NCBI GenBank assembly: GCA_018268035.1
Contig: JAFDXI010000043.1
Coordinates: 17,169 to 49,168, forward strand
Origin: Bacteroidota bacterium
GTDB lineage: Bacteria; Bacteroidota; Bacteroidia; Chitinophagales; Chitinophagaceae
DNA length: 32,000 bases
Direction of reading: 5' to 3'
The notes below the pieces were generated by a model. The model searched no databases and was not told the origin of the DNA. It saw nothing but the letters and a program-made list of their open reading frames with translations. The first letter of the stretch is position 1, and each line of letters begins with the position of its first letter. Below are positions 9,773 to 19,191 of this stretch, in pieces. The translations under genes were made by a program, and so were the position numbers.

Positions 9773-9851
9773 ACCGACAAAAAACTTTCATTTGGAGATG
9801 CTAACATAATTATTCACCGATTATTTGTTTGCATCATATTCAACCACCAGT

Positions 9852-9859
9852 TACATTTG
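9852..9859 (+). promoter_or_regulatory. Candidate -7 promoter box (TACATTTG) for the ABC exporter operon
   Basis: Exact TAnnTTTG match 18 nt upstream of the ATG at 9877. It lies inside the 5' extension of the tracked ORF (TTG at 9829), which argues against that extension. Confidence 0.45.
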
Positions 9860-9876
9860 GCACTCAATTTATTTCA

Positions 9877-10656
9877 ATGCACAACCAGCAGGATTTTATT
9901 TTAGACGTTGATGATCTCAATATTTATTACGGCAATTTCCAGGCAGTTAACAATGTTTCTTTTCATGTTTTACCCGGAGAAATTTTTGGATTATTAGGCC
10001 CGAATGGCGCCGGTAAAACAAGTACATTAAGTGCTATTGAAGGATTAATAAAACCACAATCAGGAAATATTTCAGTTGCAGGATATAACGTGAAAGAAAA
10101 GCCTTTGCATGCAAAAGCCTCCATGGGTGTGCAGTTACAATCCACCAACTTTCAACCTGAATTAAAAGTTAAAGAAATTATTGAGCTCTATGCAGGTATT
10201 TATGGTGTTGAATTAACAGTTGAAAAATTAAATGCAATTTTGTCTGAGAATAATTTACTCGAATCAAAAGATAAAAAGTTCAGCCAGCTTTCAGGTGGCC
10301 AGCAACAACGAGTTTCATTAAGTTTATGTGTATTGCACGATCCTAAATTATTGTTGCTGGATGAACCCACAACAGGCCTCGACCCGCAATCTCGCCGGCA
10401 GTTATGGGACAGGATGGAAGCTATTCGTGCAAAAGGCCGGGGCATTCTATTGACAACTCATTCTATGGAAGAAGCAGAAGCAGTTTGCGACCGCATTGCC
10501 ATCATTGACCATGGAAAAATTATTGCCATTGATGCACCGCAGGTCTTGATGGAATTACACCATAATGATCCTGAAGTAATAGCTGCTTCAAGAAAGGGAA
10601 AAATAACATTGGAAGATGTATTCATTGGTTTAACAGGACGCGAAGTCCGCAATTAA
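9877..10656 (+). CDS. ABC transporter ATP-binding protein (ABC-2 exporter type)
   Basis: Walker A GPNGAGKTS, Q-loop, signature LSGGQQQRVSL, Walker B LLLLDEPTTGLD, H-loop LTTHSMEEA. I moved the start to the first ATG (MHNQQDF), downstream of the candidate promoter box. Confidence 0.9.
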   Translation: MHNQQDFILDVDDLNIYYGNFQAVNNVSFHVLPGEIFGLLGPNGAGKTSTLSAIEGLIKPQSGNISVAGYNVKEKPLHAKASMGVQLQSTNFQPELKVKEIIELYAGIYGVELTVEKLNAILSENNLLESKDKKFSQLSGGQQQRVSLSLCVLHDPKLLLLDEPTTGLDPQSRRQLWDRMEAIRAKGRGILLTTHSMEEAEAVCDRIAIIDHGKIIAIDAPQVLMELHHNDPEVIAASRKGKITLEDVFIGLTGREVRN

Positions 10657-10663
10657 GAATAGT

Positions 10664-11413
10664 ATGGAAGTAACAGTGCCAACCACCTCTGCTGTATTAA
10701 AATCATTATTGCTTGCAGACCTCCGCACACAGTGGCGCAACCGAAGAGCAGTATTGCTCACCGTATTAGTACCGGTAATTATACTTTTTTCATGGAAGGG
10801 AATAATTGACCAGGTTGGCGGCGCATTTGCGCTGGGCACTTGTATCACCGTTGGTCTTATGGCTACAGGTTTAATGGGCTATACCAATTCAGTTGCGAGA
10901 GACAGAGACAAAGGAGTCTTTCAAAGATTGAGGGTAGCGCCTTTGCCTGCCTGGACTATCATGGTGAGCCGTTTGTTTGTACAATTGCTGATGATACTTG
11001 TTATCACTGCAACAGTTTTATTGGTGGGTTATTTTGCTGATCATATTGTGATACCTTCTGCCGGTTATGTATTAGCTTTTTTAGCTGCTATAGTCGGGGC
11101 TGCAGCATACCTCGCAATGGGGCAGGTAATTGTCGGCCTTATTAAAAACCCTGAAGTGGTACAGTCCACAACCCGGTTGGTATATTTTATTTTTATCATG
11201 GTGGGTATGTTAGGACAGTTAGGTGCATTAGGCGATTACGTCAAAGAATATGTTATATGGTCGCCTTATGGCACAGTACAAACCATCATTGCAGATGCTG
11301 TTGATCCTTCCAAATGGACATCCACTTCCACTGAAGCTTTGCTTATAACCGTTGGATACGCAGTTGTGTTTTTTATTGCCGGCATTAAAAAATTCCAGTG
11401 GAGCAATAAATAA
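10664..11413 (+). CDS. ABC-2 type transporter permease
   Basis: 249 aa with about six hydrophobic segments. It starts 7 nt after the ATPase stop, the typical layout of ABC-2 exporter pairs. Confidence 0.85.
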   Translation: MEVTVPTTSAVLKSLLLADLRTQWRNRRAVLLTVLVPVIILFSWKGIIDQVGGAFALGTCITVGLMATGLMGYTNSVARDRDKGVFQRLRVAPLPAWTIMVSRLFVQLLMILVITATVLLVGYFADHIVIPSAGYVLAFLAAIVGAAAYLAMGQVIVGLIKNPEVVQSTTRLVYFIFIMVGMLGQLGALGDYVKEYVIWSPYGTVQTIIADAVDPSKWTSTSTEALLITVGYAVVFFIAGIKKFQWSNK

Positions 11414-11555
11414 AATTTGCTAACGTACCGGCATTTACGAATTAAGCAGTGTTTTTTTGGTGACCAGCTTATTGCAGATGGCAGCTTCGTTGCGTCGCAT
11501 CACTGCAACTGCTGTAACTTTTATCAGCTCCGGTCTGCAGGTGTAAGTCGCTATA

Positions 11556-12050
11556 TTATTTTTCAGCCCTGAATTTTGCAAGAGGAGCCATCCGTGCTTT
11601 GTTTAAAGTTAAGATGCTGTCACCACCAAGCGAAAAATTATCAACATCGCTTAAAACTTTTTTTAGCCCATCTTCCACAGTCATATCAGGACAGGCCATC
11701 ATGGTTGACATCCCTTGTTTGAAACGGATACGCAGTGTTTGTTCATCCCATTCAAACTTACCACCAAGGCCATTGCAACCACCACTTGCAGTATAACTGC
11801 TGTCTTCTTTTTTAAACATAATAAATGGTTCTTTGCCATTTACAGAATCTGCAACAGGTTTGCCCATCAATTCAACAAGTTTCCATTTCTTGCCTGTGAT
11901 ACCACTGTCAATAGTTGCAGCCATCATTGTTGCTGGTGAAGTTTCAGCAATTGAAGAAGTTGAATCTGATGTTGATGTTGAATCTTTCGGGTTGCTACAT
12001 GCACTGATGAACAGGACTGCACAGAAAATAGAAAGGTGTATTGGTTTCAT
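11556..12050 (-). CDS. META-domain (HslJ-like) lipoprotein
   Basis: 164 aa with a lipobox (FISAC-SNP) and a Ser/Thr-rich linker. META-domain blocks: GKKWKLVELMGKPV, ASGGCNGLGGKFEWD, MSTMMACPD. Confidence 0.85.
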   Translation of the reverse strand: MKPIHLSIFCAVLFISACSNPKDSTSTSDSTSSIAETSPATMMAATIDSGITGKKWKLVELMGKPVADSVNGKEPFIMFKKEDSSYTASGGCNGLGGKFEWDEQTLRIRFKQGMSTMMACPDMTVEDGLKKVLSDVDNFSLGGDSILTLNKARMAPLAKFRAEK

Positions 12051-12407
12051 GTCTGAATATTTATGAGTAAAAATAGGTAAACAGTTTTTAATAATTTTTT
12101 ATCCTGATATAAAATCGGGGAGAGTTGATATGAAGTAAATCGAATAATGAAACTTACAAAACATCAATAGAGTTTATTTTTTATGAAACATATCTTGAAA
12201 AATATTGTATTATTAATAGTGTTCCGAAGGATTGATTTTGAAATGCAATTCAAAATTTCAAATAACAGTTTGCATTCTTGTGAGATTTGTTGATTACGAA
12301 TATTGAAAAAATCACTAATAACCATTCATGTAAATTTTTTTTAGTTTCTTGGAACGCAATCCTGAAAACTTGCTAATTTGACCCAGTCTTTTTTGTATTA
12401 ACTGAAT

Positions 12408-14111
12408 ATGTCCATAAGGATGCTCATAAAATCAAATTTTATAAATGACTCTTTAAGCAGGTTTTTTACCTGGATGATATTCTTTATTTTTTATCCTTTA
12501 TGTATTTATGCACAACATGAGAATAGTTCTTCATTCAAAGGTGAATCTGAAATAAGAAAAATTTATGAGTTAAATGATAAAGCGGCAACACTTAACCGTG
12601 ATTCCACGAATGAAGCATTGACATTTGCACATGAAGCTTATTTGTTATCTATTAAAAACAATAATCAATTCTGGCAGGGAGTTTCATTGCTCAGGTTATC
12701 AGAAGGATATTTGTATAACGACAGTTACGACCAGGCATTACAGTATGCTTATAATGCACTGGATATTTTTGCAGGTTTAAAAAATGATTCTGCTATTGCA
12801 GAAGCCAACACAATGCTGGGTTGGATATTTTATGATTCAGAAAACCCTAATTTATCTCTTGACTATCATAAAAAAGCTTCAGTGATTTTTAGACGACTGA
12901 TGCTTGAAGATAAAGAATCGGTTTCCTTCAATGCGCTTGGGTTGGTTTTTCAGCAGATGAATAATAATGATTCAGCATATTATTATTTTGAAAAGTCGCT
13001 TGGACTGGCACAGAAAAATAATATGAGCCAGATGGTTTCTGCCGTCTTTAATAATATGGGCATCTGTGAGAATAACCGTGGTAATTTTGAACAGGCAATT
13101 TCACTTTTCAAACAAGCATTGCCACAGGCTTCAGCAACAGGAGATGAACTGAGAATAGCTGAAGTGCTGAACCAGGAAGCATTTTCTTACCTGCAAATGA
13201 AAGACTATAAAAAGGCAGATTCATTGCTCCGGCAGTCAAGGGAATTAATTAATAAGTCAACATCCAATACCCGCAAAGAAAAGCTGATGGACAACCTGCA
13301 TACTTCTGCTTTGTTATATGAAGCAACAGGTGATTATAAAAAAGCTTACCAGGACTTGCGGGAATATAACAGTGTGGGTGAAGAAATAATATCTCGAAAC
13401 AAAAGTGAAGTAATAGCCGCACAACATTTAAAACGGGAAACACAGGAAAGGGAAAATAAAATCAATGAGCTCAATGCCCAAAAAGAATTAAGGAATTTTC
13501 AGTTGTATGCTTTGATAGCTGTAGTGATTTTATTAATCATTATTGCTGCGCTTGCTTATAGCAGGATGCGCCATAAAAGGGAAAAGGAAAAACAGCAGGA
13601 GATGATGAACCAACTCATGCTAAAGAAAGAACTGGAAAGCTCAATTATTGAGAAAGAAAATTTAAACACAAAATTAGATTATAAAAACACCAGCCTTAAA
13701 GACTTTGCATTATTTGTAGCGCATAATAATGAATTGGTGAATGAATTAATAAAGGAGTTTGAAGTGCTTTTCTCAAAAATTGAATCGAAAAATTATTTGC
13801 TTCCAGAGAATAAAAAAATAATCCGGGATTTCTTACATAAATATGAACAGAACCTGGAAAGAAGTGGTTTTAATCTGAAGGCTGATGAAATACAATCTGA
13901 TTTTTTGTATAACCTGCTGCAGAAGTACCCTGACCTTTCAGAAAATGAACAAAAACTTTGTTCGCAGATTCGCCACAATCTTTCATCAAAAGAAATAGCT
14001 TCAGAAAATAATATTTCTGTAAAATCTGTAGAGATGGCACGTTACCGTTTGCGAAAACGTTTTGGCCTCAATCAAAAAGAAGACCTGAACGAATTTCTGC
14101 GGGCTTTCTGA
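12408..14111 (+). CDS. Membrane-anchored TPR sensor fused to a LuxR/GerE-type HTH (one-component transcriptional regulator)
   Basis: 567 aa. It has an N-terminal signal/anchor (MIFFIFYPLCIYA-QH) and about 300 aa of TPR-like repeats (A..YA..A..IF motifs). These are followed by a coiled-coil, one TM helix (LYALIAVVILLIIIAALAY), a basic stop-transfer (RMRHKREKEK) and a C-terminal GerE-type HTH (LSENEQKLCSQIRHNLSSKEIASENNISVKSVEMARYRLRKRFGL). The exact start is uncertain (ATG at 12408 or a downstream Met). Confidence 0.8.
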   Translation: MSIRMLIKSNFINDSLSRFFTWMIFFIFYPLCIYAQHENSSSFKGESEIRKIYELNDKAATLNRDSTNEALTFAHEAYLLSIKNNNQFWQGVSLLRLSEGYLYNDSYDQALQYAYNALDIFAGLKNDSAIAEANTMLGWIFYDSENPNLSLDYHKKASVIFRRLMLEDKESVSFNALGLVFQQMNNNDSAYYYFEKSLGLAQKNNMSQMVSAVFNNMGICENNRGNFEQAISLFKQALPQASATGDELRIAEVLNQEAFSYLQMKDYKKADSLLRQSRELINKSTSNTRKEKLMDNLHTSALLYEATGDYKKAYQDLREYNSVGEEIISRNKSEVIAAQHLKRETQERENKINELNAQKELRNFQLYALIAVVILLIIIAALAYSRMRHKREKEKQQEMMNQLMLKKELESSIIEKENLNTKLDYKNTSLKDFALFVAHNNELVNELIKEFEVLFSKIESKNYLLPENKKIIRDFLHKYEQNLERSGFNLKADEIQSDFLYNLLQKYPDLSENEQKLCSQIRHNLSSKEIASENNISVKSVEMARYRLRKRFGLNQKEDLNEFLRAF

Positions 14112-14285
14112 TTGCATATTTTTCTTTTATAAAAATCATCCGGCTGTGATAGCATGTATGAATAAAAAAATATATTCATATTGATAAAAGCCTGTGCAGG
14201 TTTCTAATCTTTTTTAATTAGATGTTTGCAATTTCTCTAATCAATACATATTGTGATTTTTCTTCTCCTCCCTCTGAAAACAAAA

Positions 14286-14307
14286 GTTGTGTAGAGGTTG
14301 TGTAGAG
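14286..14307 (+). repeat. Perfect tandem duplication of the 11-bp unit GTTGTGTAGAG; related TTGTAGGTG copy at 14323..14331
   Basis: Read directly from the sequence: GTTGTGTAGAG GTTGTGTAGAG GTG TTTTTATAGG TTTTGTAGGTG. It lies in the regulator-susC intergenic region, about 135 nt upstream of the susC-like ATG. Confidence 0.8.
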
Positions 14308-14442
14308 GTGTTTTTATAGGTTTTGTAGGTGCTTCAAAAAAATATTTCCCTGATTATCTCTCTATGTTTATCCTCTCAAAAATTTCAAAGCCTTGAATGA
14401 ATGAAATGGCTTTGAGCAATCATTTTCCAAATTCAAATTTTT

Positions 14443-17400
14443 ATGATTATGAGACGATTGTTTTCAAAATGCAAAACGTATTTACAGGTAATTCCACTTA
14501 CATTCCTGTTTGTTTTTTTCACAACTGGTTCAATCCTTGCACAGCAATCCAATGTGACAGGTACTGTGTATGATGAAACAGGTAATCCGGTTAGCGGTGC
14601 AACAGTCCATATTAAAAATTCAAGTGTTGCAACAATTTCAGATGCAGCAGGACATTTTTCAATCAATGCATCTCCGGATGCTATTTTGGTAATCACATTT
14701 GTAGGTTTCGCTGATAAAGAAGAACCTCTTAATGGTAAGAACTCTGTTACAGTACATCTTTCGAGGGGGAATAACTATCTGGATGATGTGGTAGTAGTGG
14801 CTTATGGCACTCAAAAAAAGAGTGACATAACCGGCGCTGTTTCATCAGTAAAAGGAGACGATATAGAAAAAATTGCAACCAACAATCCCGTCAATGCATT
14901 ACAGGGAAAAGTTGCCGGACTGAATGTAACAAGTCCCGGTGGTAATCCCGGTCAGATGTCTGATGTGCGTCTGAGGGGTATCGGTACTTTCGGCGGTCAC
15001 CAACCATTGTATATTATTGATGGTACACCTGGTGATCCTTATTATCTGACTAATGATGATATCGCTTCCATTGAAGTATTAAAAGATGGCGCTGCTGCAG
15101 CAATTTATGGTTCAAACAGTGCTAATGGTGTTATTATCATTAATACTAAAAAGGGTAAGAAAGGTGAACCGCAAATAAATTTTAGCGCTTATTACAGTTT
15201 GATAAACCCGACGAATTCTTACGATCTCCTGGATGCTGAAGGTTATAAAAAAGTACATCGCATGATGTATGAAAATGCAGGAGCTACACCTCTGCCGGAT
15301 TATATTACAACCAGTACAGGTGTCAATACTGATTGGCAGGACCTGGTTAACCAACAAGGTAATGGGCAAAATTATAGTCTGGGTATTAGTGGTGGTGGAG
15401 AATATGTAACTTATAATCTCAGCGCTGACCTGAATGATGAAAAAGGTACACTCATCGGATCAGATTTTGGTAAGAAATCTATCCGTTCAGTTAATGCTTT
15501 GAATAAAGGCATATTAAGTGTTGAAAATATTTTTTTGTATTCAGACATCAAATCCACACCATTCCAATTTGATTTAAGAGATGCTTATTTTCAATCTCCG
15601 TTATTACCGGTTTTTGATCCATCTGAGCCTTATGGTTATGCGCTTACTGTAAATGGTTTGCCTAAATTTCAAAACCCCGTAGGGTATCAACATTTTGTTG
15701 AGGGATATACAAAAACACAATACTTCTCTGATAATTTAAAAATCAAATTGCAATTATTTAAAGGCCTTACATATACAGCCAACCTGAGTTATATATCTGC
15801 CAACAGTTTTGATTATGCGCACCATCCTCCTTTCCGTGCTAATGCAAATGATCCTGCTGTTTCATATCCTTATGTTTATAACAGCCGGTCCAATTATAAA
15901 GAACAGTTGATGGAACACCTGCTTAATTACAAAATAAAAATCAACAAACACAATATTGATTTGCTCGCAGGTTATTCAGCTCTTCAGAAAACAAATGAAT
16001 ATTTAAGTGTTACAGCTGATGGAAAAACCGTTGTTCGTTCTGTTGTTAACGGAAGTATTGTTGAAACAGAAGTGGCAGGTGGTTTTCCCGATCCTGATTT
16101 TAATACTATCAACGCCGGGCTTGGTGGAACTTTTTCTGCTGCCGGTACAAACAACAAGTATGTCAGGTTATCAACCTTCGGCAGGATCAATTATGATTAT
16201 GATGGCAAATACCTTTTACAAGTAACAGTGAGAAGAGATGGGTCATCCGTATTTGGTGCGAACAGCCGTTTTGGTGTATTCCCTTCAGTTGCTTTGGGAT
16301 GGAATATCAATAAAGAAAAATTTATGAAGAATGTGGATTGGATCAATGTCTTAAAGATAAGAGCAAGCTATGGTGAATTGGGGAATGAAGGTGCTTTAGG
16401 TTATTATGATCACCAGGCATTGATAGTAACGGCCAATGACTGGTCGGGAGGTTATGTGCAGGGATCCGGAGCTTCAACATGGCCTGGTTCTGCAAGCTAT
16501 ACACTCCAAAACAGGGACCTGAAATGGGAGACGAGCAAATCAACCAACATCGGTATTGATTTCGGTGTTTTGAACAACAGGCTTACAGGCTCTGTCAACT
16601 ATTTTGATAATATAACTGATGGACTGCTGATAACAAAAGAAGTGCCTCCATCTGCAGGAGTTGATGACCCGATTTTGAATGTTGGTAAAATCTCCAACAA
16701 GGGTCTTGAATTGGAATTCACTTATAATATTTCAAACAAAGATTGGAACTTGAGTTTTACAGGTTCTGCAACTTATCTGAAAAATAGAGTAGTGCAACTT
16801 GCAGATGCAGGACAAACTTTATATGGCACCGGTTTAAAATTCGGTACTGACCATATACCTACACAAACTATGGTGGGCAAAGAAATTGGCGCTTACTATT
16901 TATATGAAGCAATGGGAATATTTCAAAGTGATGCAGAAGCTGAAGCTTATACTAATAAAGACGGTGATATGTTGCAGCCTGATGCAAAAGCAGGAGACAT
17001 CAAATTCAGAGATGCTAATGGTGATGGTGTTATTGATGAGTCTGATAAAACATACCAGGGCACAGGATTTCCAAAGATTGAATATGGATTGAATATAGCA
17101 GCCAATTATAAAAGTTTTGACCTCACCATTTTCATCCAGGGTGTTGGTGGAAATAAAATTTATAATGGCAACCGTTTTGAAATGGAAGGAATGGATGCTG
17201 GCCGTAATTTTCTTTCAACAACTTTAAATGCATGGACTTCGCAAAATACAAATACTTCTATGCCACGTGCAGTTTTAGGTGACCCGAATGGCAACAACCG
17301 CGAGTCAACACGTTTCCTTGAAAGTGGCGCTTACCTCCGCATGAAGATGGTGCAGGTTGGATACACTTTCCCTTATGATGTGTTGAAAAAAATCTATGTG

Positions 17401-17565
17401 AAAAAATTAAGGATTTATGTTGGCGCACAAAACATGTTTACCATAACAAAATATTCAGGTCTTGATCCTGAAGTTGGAAATTTTAATGTGTTGAATACCG
17501 GTGTTGACAGGATGATGTATCCGCAGAATAAAAAATGGATTGCCGGTTTGCAGATCAGCCTTTAA
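14443..17565 (+). CDS. SusC/RagA-family TonB-dependent outer-membrane transporter
   Basis: 1040 aa. The signal peptide is followed directly by a CarboxypepD_reg-like domain (VTGTVYDETGNPVSGATVHIKNS) and a TonB-box/plug region (DDVVVVAYGTQKK ... IEVLKDGAAAAIYGSNSANGVIIINTKKG). The C-terminus is the typical beta-barrel end (..KKWIAGLQISL). There is no STN domain, so this is not the anti-sigma-coupled transducer type. Confidence 0.95.
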   Translation: MIMRRLFSKCKTYLQVIPLTFLFVFFTTGSILAQQSNVTGTVYDETGNPVSGATVHIKNSSVATISDAAGHFSINASPDAILVITFVGFADKEEPLNGKNSVTVHLSRGNNYLDDVVVVAYGTQKKSDITGAVSSVKGDDIEKIATNNPVNALQGKVAGLNVTSPGGNPGQMSDVRLRGIGTFGGHQPLYIIDGTPGDPYYLTNDDIASIEVLKDGAAAAIYGSNSANGVIIINTKKGKKGEPQINFSAYYSLINPTNSYDLLDAEGYKKVHRMMYENAGATPLPDYITTSTGVNTDWQDLVNQQGNGQNYSLGISGGGEYVTYNLSADLNDEKGTLIGSDFGKKSIRSVNALNKGILSVENIFLYSDIKSTPFQFDLRDAYFQSPLLPVFDPSEPYGYALTVNGLPKFQNPVGYQHFVEGYTKTQYFSDNLKIKLQLFKGLTYTANLSYISANSFDYAHHPPFRANANDPAVSYPYVYNSRSNYKEQLMEHLLNYKIKINKHNIDLLAGYSALQKTNEYLSVTADGKTVVRSVVNGSIVETEVAGGFPDPDFNTINAGLGGTFSAAGTNNKYVRLSTFGRINYDYDGKYLLQVTVRRDGSSVFGANSRFGVFPSVALGWNINKEKFMKNVDWINVLKIRASYGELGNEGALGYYDHQALIVTANDWSGGYVQGSGASTWPGSASYTLQNRDLKWETSKSTNIGIDFGVLNNRLTGSVNYFDNITDGLLITKEVPPSAGVDDPILNVGKISNKGLELEFTYNISNKDWNLSFTGSATYLKNRVVQLADAGQTLYGTGLKFGTDHIPTQTMVGKEIGAYYLYEAMGIFQSDAEAEAYTNKDGDMLQPDAKAGDIKFRDANGDGVIDESDKTYQGTGFPKIEYGLNIAANYKSFDLTIFIQGVGGNKIYNGNRFEMEGMDAGRNFLSTTLNAWTSQNTNTSMPRAVLGDPNGNNRESTRFLESGAYLRMKMVQVGYTFPYDVLKKIYVKKLRIYVGAQNMFTITKYSGLDPEVGNFNVLNTGVDRMMYPQNKKWIAGLQISL

Positions 17566-17589
17566 TGAATCATAATAAAAAACAATAAT

Positions 17590-17611
17590 GATGAAACAAA
17601 AAAGTTTCATC
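17590..17611 (+). other. Stem-loop between the susC-like and susD-like genes
   Basis: GATGAAAC (17590..17597), an AAAAAA loop, then GTTTCATC (17604..17611): a perfect 8-bp stem. It sits 25 nt after the susC-like stop and 30 nt before the susD-like ATG. Confidence 0.4.
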
Positions 17612-17640
17612 TGTTTCAAATAAATTTTAAAATCAGAAAA

Positions 17641-19170
17641 ATGAAAAATTTCAAATTCATAATATGTATCACTATGCTGGCCATCACATCAGTGGCATGC
17701 AAAAAAAGTGTACTGGATCAGAATGCACCTGACCAGTTGACTACTGATAATTTTTATACATCAAAAGAAAAAGCTTTATCAGGTTTGTCTGCTGCTTATT
17801 CACAGTTAGAAGATTTTGTAGGTTGGGACAATTATGTTGAAGCCCGCTCTGTGCGTGAGTTTTACAGGGAAGATTATGTAGTGCCCGGCCCTGATGCTGC
17901 CAATTATCCATGGTGGACCGAGCATTATAATTTTTCTTTTACTTCAGGCAATTATGCAATTGATTTATTGTGGAGAGATAATTATCGTGGTATCAATTAT
18001 GCCAACCAGGTGATTGAAGGAGTTGAAAATATGCCTGACGGTTCTATTGATGATGTTTCTAAAAAACAAATTATTGCTGAAGCAAAATTTCTGAGGGCTT
18101 ATTATCATTTTAAATTGCTGACCAACTTTGAAAAAATAATACTTCGCGATAAAGTGCCTACTGGTGGTGATGATCTTCCTGCTCCGTTGTCAGAAAGAGC
18201 AGATGCATATAATATGATCCTAAATGATATGAAAGAAGCAGTAGCAGATTTACCATTGAGGAGCCAGCGGCCTGCAACAGAATTGGGCAGAATAACCAAA
18301 GGCGCTGCGGAAGCTTATATCGGCAAGATTGATTTGTATCGTGCTGATGAAGACCAGGCTAATGCTGCAACTTATCTTGCAGAAGCAGCTACCAACCTCA
18401 GTGATGTAATTGCTTCAGGAGAATATAGTATTGATCCTGACTTTATGGATATGTTCAACGGCACAACAAAAAATGGTGTAGAATCAATTTTTGAATTACA
18501 ACAAACTTCAGATGCATCCAATGGCGCTTATTACCGTTCTTATTTGAGTGATTGGGTTACTGCATGGCAATTGGGTGGATATGGAGAGATCTATGGAACA
18601 CAACGCCTGCTTGATGAAATGACAAAAGAAGGAAAAGTAGCAGCAGGTGGTTTGTATGATCCAAGAATATATGGCACTATATATTTTGAAGACAGTTATT
18701 TTAATGATCCGCAAAACCCGCGGGTGTATGATCAGACTTATAATGATTATTTTGGTAATGGAAGCGGCGTTATTGCATTTAGAAAATGGACTCCAGCTAC
18801 TATTGATCGTATAGGCCGTTCCAATGCCATCAATGTTCCTTTGATGCGACTTGCTGATGTAATGTTATTGTATGCAGAAGTTTTGAATGACCAGGGAAAG
18901 GCGAATGAAGCGCTTACATATATTAACCAGTTGAGAAGTAAGAGGGGCAATATGCCTGCATTGAATATAAGTTCAAATGATGATGTATTTAATGCCATCA
19001 TGCATGAAAGGGTGATGGAATTCACTTTGGAAAGCAGCCGCTTTTATGATTTGAGAAGGTGGGGGCTACTTGAACAAAACATGCAGGAAGCAGGAAGAAG
19101 TTATACACCTGATAAAGCATTTTATCCTTTGCCTTTAAAGGAAATTATTAATAATCCTGAAGCGAATTAA
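17641..19170 (+). CDS. SusD/RagB-family nutrient-binding outer-membrane lipoprotein
   Basis: 509 aa with a lipobox (AITSVAC-KKS). The helical TPR-like body carries typical SusD blocks (LLWRDNYRGINYANQVIE, AEAKFLRAYYHFKLL, LMRLADVMLLYAEVLNDQG, ERVMEFTLESSRFYDLRRWG). It lies immediately downstream of the SusC-like gene. Confidence 0.95.
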   Translation: MKNFKFIICITMLAITSVACKKSVLDQNAPDQLTTDNFYTSKEKALSGLSAAYSQLEDFVGWDNYVEARSVREFYREDYVVPGPDAANYPWWTEHYNFSFTSGNYAIDLLWRDNYRGINYANQVIEGVENMPDGSIDDVSKKQIIAEAKFLRAYYHFKLLTNFEKIILRDKVPTGGDDLPAPLSERADAYNMILNDMKEAVADLPLRSQRPATELGRITKGAAEAYIGKIDLYRADEDQANAATYLAEAATNLSDVIASGEYSIDPDFMDMFNGTTKNGVESIFELQQTSDASNGAYYRSYLSDWVTAWQLGGYGEIYGTQRLLDEMTKEGKVAAGGLYDPRIYGTIYFEDSYFNDPQNPRVYDQTYNDYFGNGSGVIAFRKWTPATIDRIGRSNAINVPLMRLADVMLLYAEVLNDQGKANEALTYINQLRSKRGNMPALNISSNDDVFNAIMHERVMEFTLESSRFYDLRRWGLLEQNMQEAGRSYTPDKAFYPLPLKEIINNPEAN

Positions 19171-19191
19171 TAAAGAATAAAATCTGTCTTG

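Noticed and set aside
9829-9876. TTG-initiated 16-codon extension of the ABC ATPase ORF
   Set aside because: The extension carries no conserved residues and contains the candidate -7 promoter box at 9852..9859. ATG 9877 gives a normal N-terminus.
12237-12262. Inverted repeat TTTGAAAT-n10-ATTTCAAA upstream of the regulator gene
   Set aside because: It is short and AT-only in an AT-rich spacer, so it is expected by chance. It has no positional relation to a promoter box.
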